Assembly: GCA_023247795.1 (NCBI GenBank)
Contig: JAHFFT010000006.1
Location: 4,664 to 68,663, forward strand
Origin: Candidatus Omnitrophota bacterium
GTDB taxonomy: Bacteria > Omnitrophota > Gorgyraeia > Zapsychrales > JANLHA01
Reading direction: 5' to 3'
DNA length: 64,000 nucleotides
In this document: piece after piece, positions 22,601-30,901 of the stretch
Layout of the letters: each line of letters starts with the position of its first letter
Position numbering within the stretch: the first letter of the stretch is position 1
The notes under the pieces: model-generated
What the model was told of the DNA's origin: nothing
Databases searched by the model: none
What the model saw: only the letters and a program-made list of their open reading frames with translations
Position numbers and translations under genes: made by a program

Positions 22601-22906
22601 CAAGAGGCCTTGCAACGAGGGAAACTGCAATCGGTCGCGCAATTGCGTGAGGCGGTTGTGCATGGCGCGGTGCGCCGGGTGCGTCCGAAAATGATGACGG
22701 TCATGGCCGCCTTATTGGGTTTGCTGCCCATCATGTTTTCTCACGGCGCCGGAGCCGATGTCATGCAGCGCATTGCGGCACCCATGGTGGGTGGACTGAT
22801 CAGTTCTTTTGGCCTGGAACTGTTGGTTTATCCGGCGATTTTTTATCTTTGGAAAGGACGCGGTTTTTCGACAGAAGGGAGGAGCGTCAAAGAAAAGAAT
22901 TTTTGA
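19691..22906 (+). CDS. heavy-metal-efflux family RND transporter (CusA/CzcA-like)
   Basis: 1071 aa, 12-TM RND architecture. N-terminus ...AIPDLSDTQVIIYSRW... is typical of CusA/CzcA. Confidence 0.9.
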   Translation: MIEKMIDLCARQKFLVLIFLFAAIVASVWAVKNIPLDAIPDLSDTQVIIYSRWDRSPDLVEDQVTYPIVSALLGAPGVKAIRGFSDFGFSYVYVIFKDGTDLYWARSRVLEYLSKITSRLPEGVKTELGPDATGVGWVLQYALVDKSGKHDLGDLRSFQDWHLRYWLQAVPGVAEVASAGGFVKQYQITVDPRKLLAYHIPITKVIEAVRQGNQETGGRLVEFTGAEYMIRGHGYVKSIEDLERIGLGADVNGTPIIVKDVARVVLGGDIRRGVLDLNGQGDVVGGTIVMRQGENALKVIDAVKAKFKAIEPSLPAGVKIEITYDRSDLILRAMEHLKKQLLEEMLIVSLVILVFLWHLPSAFIPIVTIPVAVLISFIPLLGMKLTSNIMSLAGIAISIGILVDGAIVQMENVYKRLEEWEANGRREQQRDVVLRALKEVAPSVFFALLVIAVSFLPIFTLLDQEGRLFKPLAWSKTFVMAIAAVLVVTLNPVLRLLFTRTKPFTGRPRWFMKLANGLFIGRYYPEEKHPISRVLFSVYEPVCRFVLKHAKATIVAALLLVASTVPIVLRLGSEFMPPLWEGQILYMPITMPGISVAEAQKLLQEQDRILKSFPEVDKVFGKAGRVGSATDPAPLSMMETVVLLKPEKEWRRVKGQRITHEELIAEMDKALKISGTTNAWTMPIKNRIDMLSTGVRTPIGIKVLGSDLKVIDQIGRELELLLKDVPGTRSVFAERTQGGYFLDFDLKRDQLARYQLSVADAQMTIQSAIGGENITTTVEGRERYGVQVRYPRAFRDDVDQLSRVLIATPSGAQIAIGQVADIVVRTGPSMIRNENGLLAGYVYVDVAGRDIGTYVEEAKKKVREQLKLPEAYSLVWSGQYENMLRVRERLKVVVPFTLFIIALLLYFNTKSWVKTGIVLLAVPFSLVGAFWLLWMLGYNLSIAVWVGMIALMGLDAETGVLMLLFLDLAYQEALQRGKLQSVAQLREAVVHGAVRRVRPKMMTVMAALLGLLPIMFSHGAGADVMQRIAAPMVGGLISSFGLELLVYPAIFYLWKGRGFSTEGRSVKEKNF

Positions 22907-22989
22907 CAAGAACTGTTTGATTTTATTTCCTGTGGTATACTGGTTTGAGTTAGGATATTTAACAAATATTAACTTTAGGAGGAGAAGAC

Positions 22990-23280
22990 ATGAAAGCCAA
23001 GTTAACTTTTTTAAGCGTTTTGCTGTTGGTGTTGTTGTGCGCACCGGCATTTGCCCAATATGCTACCCCGCCGGCAGCGGATGCGGGTCCGGCTGCGGCA
23101 GAGCCAGTCAATGTGGGTAATAAATTTTGTCCGATCTCCGGCAAACCGATTGGTACGATGGGCGAGACCAAGGTGGTCGAGTATAAAGGGAAGGCCTATA
23201 ATTTATGCTGCCCGATGTGCGAAAAGGATTTCAATGCCGACCCGGAAAAATATATTAAAATATTGGAAGAAACTAAGTAA
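22990..23280 (+). CDS. secreted YHS-domain metal-binding protein
   Basis: Signal peptide, then CPISGKPI...YKGKAYNLCCPMCEKDFNADPEKY (YHS/TRASH-type Cys pattern). Confidence 0.7.
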   Translation: MKAKLTFLSVLLLVLLCAPAFAQYATPPAADAGPAAAEPVNVGNKFCPISGKPIGTMGETKVVEYKGKAYNLCCPMCEKDFNADPEKYIKILEETK

Positions 23281-23328
23281 CGGTTTGTCGTCAGTTCCAG
23301 TCGAGTTTGCAAAATATGATGGGAGAAT

Positions 23329-23775
23329 ATGAAGGTCATTGAAGAATTCTTCGAGGAATTTTTTCCTCATTTGCATCCCATGCTGGTGCATTTTCCGATT
23401 GCCTTATTCGTGACGGCGCTGATATTAGAAATCAGCGCCGTTCTTTTTAAAAAAGAAAATTTGCATAAAAGTGCCTTAACGATTTTTACGATAGGAACGT
23501 TGATGACCCCGTTTGTTGTTCAATCCGGCCTTTGGCAGGCAGAAGACCTGCATTTGGATCATCCGCTTTTGGATCAACATCGGCAGTTTGCCTATTTGAC
23601 GATGTGGGGTTCGTTGATCGCGTTGACGGGTGTCATTGTTTTGAAGAATACGTTCGCGAAATACGCTCGGATCTTTTTTTTGGCGAGCCTGCTGGTGATT
23701 GTTGGACTGGTTGCCTTGACCGCTGACCGCGGCGGAGACATGGTCTTTGAGTATGGTGTGGGTGTGGAAAAGTAA
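23329..23775 (+). CDS. DUF2231-like membrane protein
   Basis: HPMLVHFPIALF signature and four predicted TM helices. Commonly found with metal-efflux operons. Confidence 0.55.
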   Translation: MKVIEEFFEEFFPHLHPMLVHFPIALFVTALILEISAVLFKKENLHKSALTIFTIGTLMTPFVVQSGLWQAEDLHLDHPLLDQHRQFAYLTMWGSLIALTGVIVLKNTFAKYARIFFLASLLVIVGLVALTADRGGDMVFEYGVGVEK

Positions 23776-23938
23776 CAAGTCCCAAGCGACATGTCTCAAG
23801 TTGAGAATGACATGTGACTTGTAACTTGAGACGTGAGACTAAATTAACAGGGACAGCCCCCACTGGATAGTCCCAAGCGACATGTCCCAAGTTGAGAATG
23901 AGATGCGACTTGTAACTTGAGACTTGAGACAAGATTAA
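23772..23938. repeat. two tandem repeat-family-C units separated by a GGGACAGCCCCCACTGGATA REP-like segment
   Basis: AGTCCCAAGCGACATGTCTCAAGTTGAGAATGACATGTGACTTGTAACTTGAGACGTGAGACT appears twice, with about 90% identity between the two. Confidence 0.6.
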
Positions 23939-23959
23939 CAAAGAGAGTCCTTACAGTAC

Positions 23960-24979
23960 ATGATTGATGTTAAGTTTTATGAGGCCTTTAAAGAAGAAAC
24001 GGCCCTCCTTAAAAAATATCTCCCCAAAAAAATCAAGGTAGCCTACACCGAGCAAACCATTCAGGAAAGCACTGATCGGGTCTGCCCAGCGAAACTGATC
24101 AGTGTCCGTACTCAATCGCGGATTCCCGTTGCCTGGAGTAGGGGTCTCGACGGCATTTTAACCCGCAGCATGGGCTTTGATCATCTGGCACGTTATTGCC
24201 AGGCAGCTAAAAGAACGATTTCCTGCGGTTATCTTCCTGGGTATTGTGACCGAGCCGTCGCTGAGCAAGCGATCATGTTGATGATGGCCTTGCTGCGCAA
24301 ACTTCCGCGGCAGATGAAAAATTTTAAAACGTTCAAACGCGATGATCTCACCGGTCAGGAATGCCGTGATCGGAAATTGTTGGTTGTTGGTGTGGGTCGC
24401 ATTGGCGCCGAGATTGTTAACATCGCCAAGGGTCTGCGGATGCGGGTCAAAGGCGTCGACATCGTGGCACGCTTTAAGGATGTTGAATATGTGTCGTTGG
24501 CCAAAGGCCTGGCTTGGGCGCAGATTGTTGTTTGCGCTCTGCCCTTAACTGAAGAGACGGCCGGTTTGCTCAATGGCAAGGCGTTTGCTAAGGTCCAAGA
24601 ATCGATCGTGTTCATCAATATTTCTCGAGGAGAAGTGGCGCCAGTCAAAGACTTGAAAAAGATGTTGGAGGAAAATAAGCTTTCCGGATTGGCCATGGAC
24701 GTTTTTGAAGCGGAAGATGTTTTGGCGGAAGATTTTCGTCGTCGAGGTGACAGCAAGAAGGAAAGCGTTAAGGTGATTAAGGGATTGCTGACGCGCGATA
24801 ATGTGATTTTGACCCCACACAATGCTTTTAACACGGTTGAAGCGGTTGAGCGCAAGGCGCGGGAAAGTGTCGATGCGGTTGTTCAGTTTTTAAAAGGCAA
24901 GTCCTTTCCGCATCCACTTCCCCCCTCCCTAGCCCTCCCCGCCAGCCCCGCCATAGGCGGGGCAAGGGGGAGGGAATAA
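23960..24979 (+). CDS. D-isomer-specific 2-hydroxyacid dehydrogenase family protein
   Basis: NAD-binding GVGRIGAEIV and catalytic-domain layout. The last roughly 20 codons read through palindromic repeat B, so the true stop may lie earlier. Confidence 0.75.
   Translation: MIDVKFYEAFKEETALLKKYLPKKIKVAYTEQTIQESTDRVCPAKLISVRTQSRIPVAWSRGLDGILTRSMGFDHLARYCQAAKRTISCGYLPGYCDRAVAEQAIMLMMALLRKLPRQMKNFKTFKRDDLTGQECRDRKLLVVGVGRIGAEIVNIAKGLRMRVKGVDIVARFKDVEYVSLAKGLAWAQIVVCALPLTEETAGLLNGKAFAKVQESIVFINISRGEVAPVKDLKKMLEENKLSGLAMDVFEAEDVLAEDFRRRGDSKKESVKVIKGLLTRDNVILTPHNAFNTVEAVERKARESVDAVVQFLKGKSFPHPLPPSLALPASPAIGGARGRE
24918..24974. repeat. GC-rich palindromic repeat family B (CCCTCCCTAGCCCTCCCCGC...GGGGAGGG)
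   Basis: CCCCCTCCCTAGCCCTCCCCGCCAGCCCCGCCATAGGCGGGGCAAGGGGGAGGG. Second copy at 40897-40960, and a partial AATGGGGGAGG at 47685. Confidence 0.5.
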
Positions 24980-25055
24980 ATGGTCGTTGCAATTTAAGTA
25001 TCGGTCATTAGAATAGAAAATATCTGTGATTGAAAACCTACTGAGGAGGAAAGCG

Positions 25056-25712
25056 ATGTTAAAAATTTATGGAGCGGATTTATCGACGCCGGCGAATAAG
25101 GTTCGGTTTGTGGCGAACGCGCTAGGATTGAAGTACGAGTATATCCGGATCAGCATCCGTGAAAAGGAAAATCAAAAGCCCGAATATTTGAAGATCCATC
25201 CGGCCGGCAAGATTCCTGCAATCAACGACGACGGATTTATCCTGTTTGAAAGCAACGCGATCATTCGCTATCTCACCTGCAAGCAAAAATCCGATCTGTA
25301 TCCGCAGGACTTGAAACAGCGCAGCCTGATTGATCAATGGATGGATTTTGCATCGCTGCATGTTGCCGCGGCTATGAACAAGGTGGTTTTCAATCGATTG
25401 TTTGCTCCGGTCATCGGCGTTCCCGTCGATGAACAGTCGTTGAATGACGGCTTGAAGTTTTTGCACAGATTTTTACCGGTTGTGGATAACCAGGTTGGCA
25501 AGGAAGGGCTTTTTGCGGGCAAGGACCTGTCTTTGGCGGATTTCAGTTTGTTGGCCGCGTTGGATGCCGCGGATGTCGTGCAAATTGACTTGGCCGCACA
25601 CAAAAATATCGTGAAATGGCGCAATACCATGCAGCAAAAAGATTTTTATACCAAATGTTATCGAAATTACGGCGAAGTGTTGCAGAAGATGATGGCGGCC
25701 GCGCCTAAATAA
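25056..25712 (+). CDS. glutathione S-transferase family protein
   Basis: MLKIYGADLSTPANKVRF...IHPAGKIPAINDDGFILFESNAIIRYL. Start placed at the Met after the GAGGAGG RBS. Confidence 0.8.
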   Translation: MLKIYGADLSTPANKVRFVANALGLKYEYIRISIREKENQKPEYLKIHPAGKIPAINDDGFILFESNAIIRYLTCKQKSDLYPQDLKQRSLIDQWMDFASLHVAAAMNKVVFNRLFAPVIGVPVDEQSLNDGLKFLHRFLPVVDNQVGKEGLFAGKDLSLADFSLLAALDAADVVQIDLAAHKNIVKWRNTMQQKDFYTKCYRNYGEVLQKMMAAAPK

Positions 25713-25717
25713 GGAAT

Positions 25718-25835
25718 GGGGACAGTCCCTAAGGGGACAGCCCCCACTGGATATACAAGTCCCAAGCTGCAAGTTTCAAGTTGAAAATGACCTGTAACTT
25801 GTAACTTGAGACATGAGACTTGTGACATGAGACAT
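25718..25835. repeat. REP doublet (GGGGACAGTCCCT AA GGGGACAGCCCCC ACTGGATA) fused to a repeat-family-C unit
   Basis: Direct sequence match to the REPs at 35864 and 49986 and to the repeat-C copies. Confidence 0.6.
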
Positions 25836-26642
25836 ATGAAAGTAGCCGCTGTACAGCTTAACGCTCAGGACGATAAGGAACAAAATCTCAAACAGGCTTT
25901 TGCGTTGGTCCATCAGGCTGCCCAAGCCAAGGCCGAGCTGATTGCCTTGCCCGAGGTTTTTCATTTCCGCGGAAAAGTTCCGCAAGAACAACTTTATCAG
26001 CAAATCGCGGAAAATATCCCTGGCAGGTCAACGACCCCTTTTTTACAACTCGCCCGCGATAAGAAGGTTTATATCCTTTTAGGCTCGATCTACGAGTGGC
26101 GTAAGAAAAAAAATAAAATCAGCAATACGTCGATTTTGATTGATCCTCGGGGAAAAATTTTGGCCCGCTATCGAAAAATACATTTGTTTGACGCGGTGGT
26201 TAATAAAAAAGTCATCCGTGAATCAAAGAATTTTCTTCCTGGCCGTCAATTGGCGATGGCTAAGGTCAAAAATTTTAATTTGGGATTGACGATTTGCTAT
26301 GATTTGCGTTTTTCTAATCTTTATCGACGGTATTCTCAAAAGGGCTGTGACATCATCGCGGTCCCGTCGTCATTTACCAAAAAGACCGGCACCGCGCATT
26401 GGGAAATATTGCTGAGGGCCCGGGCCATCGAAACCTTAAGCTATGTGATTGCCCCGAATCAGGTCGGAAAAGATCGACGAGGAATCGAGACTTACGGGCA
26501 CAGCATGATTGTCAGCCCCTGGGGTGAGATTTTGGCCAAGGCCTCGGCGGACAAAACGGAAATCATTTATGCCGAGTTAAAAAAAAGTTACGTTGAAGAG
26601 GTGCGAAAAATTTTTTTAAACAGGAGGCGTCGTTATGAGTAA
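25836..26642 (+). CDS. carbon-nitrogen hydrolase (nitrilase superfamily)
   Basis: [13 protein letters not shown]...ALPEVF (Glu), ...RKIHLFD (Lys), ...ICYDLRF (Cys). Confidence 0.8.
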   Translation: MKVAAVQLNAQDDKEQNLKQAFALVHQAAQAKAELIALPEVFHFRGKVPQEQLYQQIAENIPGRSTTPFLQLARDKKVYILLGSIYEWRKKKNKISNTSILIDPRGKILARYRKIHLFDAVVNKKVIRESKNFLPGRQLAMAKVKNFNLGLTICYDLRFSNLYRRYSQKGCDIIAVPSSFTKKTGTAHWEILLRARAIETLSYVIAPNQVGKDRRGIETYGHSMIVSPWGEILAKASADKTEIIYAELKKSYVEEVRKIFLNRRRRYE

Positions 26643-27618
26643 AAATGTTCGTGTGGCGGTCACTGGAGCGGCCGGACAAATCGGCTATGCCTTGCTTTTT
26701 CGCATTGCCGCCGGAGAAATGTTTGGAAAAGACACCGAAGTCCATCTGCAGCTCTTGGAGCTTGAGCAAGCGCTCCCGGCCTTAAAGGGAGTGGTCATGG
26801 AACTGGATGACGGTGCTTTCCCATTGCTTAAGTCCGTCGCTATGGCCGCTGACCCCAACGTGGCTTTTAAGGATGTTGATTGGGCGCTCTTAGTCGGCAG
26901 TGTCCCGCGTAAGGCCGGGATGGAACGGTCGGATTTGCTCAAGATCAACGGCGGGATTTTTATTCAGCAGGGCAAGGCGCTCGATCAATACGCGAAGCCG
27001 AATGCCCGTGTCTTGGTTGTTGGGAATCCCTGCAATACCAACGCGTATATTGCCAAGGCGGTTTGCCGAAAAATTCCGGCTAAGAATTTTTTTGCCATGA
27101 CCATGCTGGACCAGAACCGGGCCTTGACCCAATTGGCAAAAAAGGCTGGCTGCGACGTCGCCGCGGTCAAGAATTTGGCGGTCTGGGGGAACCACTCCTC
27201 GACACAGTACCCGGATTTTTTTCACGCGACGATCAATAAGAAACCGGTCACAGAAGTCATTCGCGACGAGGCTTGGCTTAAGGGAGAATTCTTGGAAATC
27301 ATTCAGAAGCGGGGAGCGGCCATCATCACCGCCCGAGGCGCCTCCTCAGCCGGCTCAGCGGCCAACGCGATCATCGATACGGTCCGAAATCTTATAACCT
27401 CAACCCCCAAAGGCGAATTTTTTTCCGTCGCGGTCTCTTCCGATGGAAGTTATGGGATCGACAAGGGAGTCATGTTCGGGTTTCCGATCATTTCCGACGG
27501 AGAAAATTGGCAGGTGGTTAAAAACATTTCCCACAATGATTTTTCCAAAGCCAAGGTGCAAGCGACTTATCAAGAATTGCTTTCCGAGCGGGAGGCTGTT
27601 GACGGCCTCATCCATTAA
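26635..27618 (+). CDS. mdh: malate dehydrogenase (LDH2-type)
   Basis: [27 protein letters not shown] Rossmann fold and the [11 protein letters not shown] motif. Confidence 0.9.
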   Translation: MSKNVRVAVTGAAGQIGYALLFRIAAGEMFGKDTEVHLQLLELEQALPALKGVVMELDDGAFPLLKSVAMAADPNVAFKDVDWALLVGSVPRKAGMERSDLLKINGGIFIQQGKALDQYAKPNARVLVVGNPCNTNAYIAKAVCRKIPAKNFFAMTMLDQNRALTQLAKKAGCDVAAVKNLAVWGNHSSTQYPDFFHATINKKPVTEVIRDEAWLKGEFLEIIQKRGAAIITARGASSAGSAANAIIDTVRNLITSTPKGEFFSVAVSSDGSYGIDKGVMFGFPIISDGENWQVVKNISHNDFSKAKVQATYQELLSEREAVDGLIH

Positions 27619-27663
27619 CGGAGAGCGGAGTCATCCGTCAAGAATTGATTTCACGAAGCACTG

Positions 27664-28749
27664 GTGCGTATGCCGATTCGGGAAAAAATCGAATACGAAG
27701 TTGATCCGCAGAATCGTCTGGTCTTGAAAAAATCCGGCCAGCGTTCCAATGTCGCCAAATTCCGAAAGGTCTTGGACGGCCGCTTCGCGATCGATGAGAA
27801 GAATGCCCTTTCCTATCACGTTGACGTACCCGCCGATTCAGAAGACCCCAAAACGATCAAATTGTCTGGTGTTTGGGCCTTGGATCAAAACCACAATCTG
27901 AATTTGGTTTTGGACCAATCCGACCAACAGATTGATGGGAAAAAACTGACGATCTCGGGAGAATGGGTGGATGTCAGCGACAATCAACTGCTCTTCGCGG
28001 TCACAACAAAAGAGTCGGCCAACCGGCTGCGGACTTATTTATTGAATTTTTCTGGACGCTGGCATGCCGATGAGCATAACCAGCTCAGTTTTAAGATCGA
28101 GCAGGAACAAGGATCTAGCAGCCAATTGACTTTTATTGGGAGTTGGGAGCTTGATCGTAAAAATTCCATCACATATACTTTTCAAAATTCCAAATCAGAG
28201 CGAGAACAAAAAGCAGTTAACGCGTTAACCTTCAAAGGCCATTGGGATATTACGCGAAAGGATCGGATTTCTTATGTTCTTAATGAGGTCCAAACTTGCG
28301 GAGTGAAAGCGAACGCAAGTTTGCAGGCCGAATTAACCTCGCAGTCCTCTTGCGGGGTCAATCAAACTTTAGGCTCGCAATTTGATTTTAACGTGGGATG
28401 GGGCAGGATGACGGCCGAGGGCCTGCGGTATGAAGTTTCGATCGGTGCTATACCAGCCAAGAAATCCTTGGTTCTTTTAGGGAAGTGGCAGGTTAACAAA
28501 AACGGTGATCTGTCTTTGGAGCTGGTTTGCGAAGACGGAAAGCCTAAAAGCATCGAATTTGGTTGTTCTTATGACTTTGATCGCGATACCGGCCTTTCCT
28601 TTAAATTGAGCAACCGTTTGGGCGAGGATCTGGGGCTGGAATTGAAATTAACCAAGCGTCTGGCCAAAGACAAAGGCGAAATTTTTTTGAAAGGAGACCT
28701 GTCAAAAAAGGAAATGGCTGTCAGCCTTGGGGCGGGGATATTGTGGTAA
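27664..28749 (+). CDS. hypothetical protein with internal repeats of about 45 aa (beta-rich)
   Basis: Recurring L(T/S)F.G.W..D..N motif. No recognisable family. Confidence 0.4.
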   Translation: MRMPIREKIEYEVDPQNRLVLKKSGQRSNVAKFRKVLDGRFAIDEKNALSYHVDVPADSEDPKTIKLSGVWALDQNHNLNLVLDQSDQQIDGKKLTISGEWVDVSDNQLLFAVTTKESANRLRTYLLNFSGRWHADEHNQLSFKIEQEQGSSSQLTFIGSWELDRKNSITYTFQNSKSEREQKAVNALTFKGHWDITRKDRISYVLNEVQTCGVKANASLQAELTSQSSCGVNQTLGSQFDFNVGWGRMTAEGLRYEVSIGAIPAKKSLVLLGKWQVNKNGDLSLELVCEDGKPKSIEFGCSYDFDRDTGLSFKLSNRLGEDLGLELKLTKRLAKDKGEIFLKGDLSKKEMAVSLGAGILW

Positions 28750-29023
28750 ATGCTTTATCTCGAATCCGTTAAAGTAGTTTTGCCGGAAAGTGAATATTTT
28801 GAAATTTAAATGAGAAATTTCCTGTTTTGTACTTGTTTTTTGGATTTTCAGCGTATATACTTTACTGTATCTTATTCTAATTAAAGGGCATTTTCAGTGT
28901 TTGGCAAGGTTCTCAGGGTTGTCGGGGGGCTGGTTGGGGAAAATCAAATTCTATCTGAAAAGCAATCCTTTAAGCAAACGATAAAAGCTTCGTGGTTCGC
29001 TACTTTTAGAGAAAGGGGTATTT

Positions 29024-30028
29024 GTGCAACATAGACCAGCGCTGTTTTTGACGATAATCGGAGTTTTTCTTTTAGGAGGGCTGACTGGGTGCGATAAAAT
29101 TTCGGTAGTAACAAATTATTTTAAGCAAAAAGTATCGTCGACGAAATCGGAAAAAGAACAACCGGTCGCGGATAAGCCGGTTCCAGCAGAAGTCTCCCCT
29201 GTAATAATCCCGCCCGCAGGTGAAAATAAAGAGCAGGCCACAACTTCACCCACAACTTCAACGGAAGCCAAATCAGATGTCTTAGCCAAAGTGGGCAATT
29301 GGTCAATCACGTTGGAAGAATTTAAAAAGCGTCTTAACGCGCTAAAAGAGATGGCCCCCGAATACAATACGGCGGATGTTGAGCAAAATAAATTGATTTT
29401 AAACGAAGTGGTCAATCAACAACTGCTGGCACAAGAAGCAGATCGTTTGGGCCTCGGACAAAAAGAAGAAGTGGTCCAGGCGGTCAAGGAATTTCGGCAG
29501 ACGGTATTGATCAGGGCTTTGGGCGCACAGTTGACCGAAGGGGTAGCGGCGACCAAGGAAGAGGCGGAAGAATATTACAATACCAATAAAAAAGATTTTG
29601 TGAAGCCCGCGCAATGGAAATTGCGGGAGATTGTCGTCGATAACGAAGCTGATGCCAAAGACATTTTGATCGAACTTTTAAAAGGCACGGACTTCGCGCC
29701 GATGGCGCAGACGCGTTCGAAGGGCAAGACCGCGGCCCAGGGCGGTGAGTTGGAAATGATCAGCGAATTCCAATCAGAGCCGTTGCAAAACGCGGTGAGC
29801 GGATTAGGAAAGGGCGATGTTTCACACGTTTTTAAAGGAGCGGACGGTTATACCATCGTTAAGGTTGATGATAAAATTGGCGGGGAGCAGGTTGAGTTTT
29901 CGGAGGTGGCCAATGATCTGCAAATGCAGTTGACGGGTTTGAAGCAGCAGCAGAAGGTTATGCAGTATATTGAGGACCTGCGAAGTAAGGCCTCGATTGA
30001 CATCAATGCGAAACTTTTAGAGGAGTAG
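29024..30028 (+). CDS. parvulin-type peptidyl-prolyl isomerase lipoprotein (SurA/PpiC-like)
   Basis: Lipobox LLGGLTGC, chaperone-like N-domain and rotamase block ...AAQGGELEMISEF...VFKGADGYTIVKV. Confidence 0.7.
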   Translation: MQHRPALFLTIIGVFLLGGLTGCDKISVVTNYFKQKVSSTKSEKEQPVADKPVPAEVSPVIIPPAGENKEQATTSPTTSTEAKSDVLAKVGNWSITLEEFKKRLNALKEMAPEYNTADVEQNKLILNEVVNQQLLAQEADRLGLGQKEEVVQAVKEFRQTVLIRALGAQLTEGVAATKEEAEEYYNTNKKDFVKPAQWKLREIVVDNEADAKDILIELLKGTDFAPMAQTRSKGKTAAQGGELEMISEFQSEPLQNAVSGLGKGDVSHVFKGADGYTIVKVDDKIGGEQVEFSEVANDLQMQLTGLKQQQKVMQYIEDLRSKASIDINAKLLEE

Positions 30029-30032
30029 AGGC

Positions 30033-30821
30033 ATGAATATTGAAAACAAGAAACAAATAGCAATCATTTTGTTAGCGGTTGGATTAGGGCTCGTCGCTGC
30101 TGTTTTAACCGCCAATCATATTCAAGATAGCATCAAAACCGAAACCGCCCGACTTTCCCAGGAATTTGAAAATAAAAAAATGCGGCCGCTTGTCGAAGAG
30201 ATTAAGGATATGCAAGCGGAATTGCAAAAAGTTAAAGACCGGCCGATCCCGCAAATGCCGCAGGTGCAAGCGGCGCTGTCCCTTCCCAAATCCTCGCTGG
30301 CTTTGCGAACACCGGAAGGAAAAAGAGCTTACACGGTTAGGATTGACGCGCTCTCCGCCGTTGGCGGCATGATCAATCCCGGTGACTACGTGGACATCAT
30401 AGCACACATGGATATGCCGGATCCGGTGACGAACGAAAATGAAAAAATTTCCTCGATGATCTTTCAAAACATCCAGGTTCTGGCGGTAGGGGTCAAATTT
30501 CAGGCCCCGGGCGAATATGAAGAGCAGCAGGAAGCCAGGGCGTTGAATATCACCTTCGCGTTATCGCCGGAAGAAGCCAGTTTGCTGTCATTTATTGAGA
30601 AAAACGGCCGGATGCAGCTGGTTTTGCGTCCGCCGGAAGAAACCGCGACCGAGGTCATTCAAGCCGCGAGCTGGAGTTCTTTGGCGGATTATGTTTTTGA
30701 AAAGCAGGGGACTGAGCTGGTGGTTCCCCGTTCTAAAGCGGATATTGAACCGGTGAAATCAGACAAACAAGAAGAGGTCAAGCCCTTTATTCAGATTTTC
30801 CGTGGCGGACAAGCTTTTTAA
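30033..30821 (+). CDS. cpaB: Flp pilus assembly protein CpaB/RcpC
   Basis: N-terminal TM segment and SAF/RcpC-like C-terminus (...INPGDYVDIIAH...). Confidence 0.8.
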   Translation: MNIENKKQIAIILLAVGLGLVAAVLTANHIQDSIKTETARLSQEFENKKMRPLVEEIKDMQAELQKVKDRPIPQMPQVQAALSLPKSSLALRTPEGKRAYTVRIDALSAVGGMINPGDYVDIIAHMDMPDPVTNENEKISSMIFQNIQVLAVGVKFQAPGEYEEQQEARALNITFALSPEEASLLSFIEKNGRMQLVLRPPEETATEVIQAASWSSLADYVFEKQGTELVVPRSKADIEPVKSDKQEEVKPFIQIFRGGQAF

Positions 30822-30901
30822 AAGGTGAATAGTGAAAAGTGAATGGGGAATAGAAAAAACATTCCTTCTTCACCAATTTAACAAAAGGAAGTAAAGACTC
30901 T

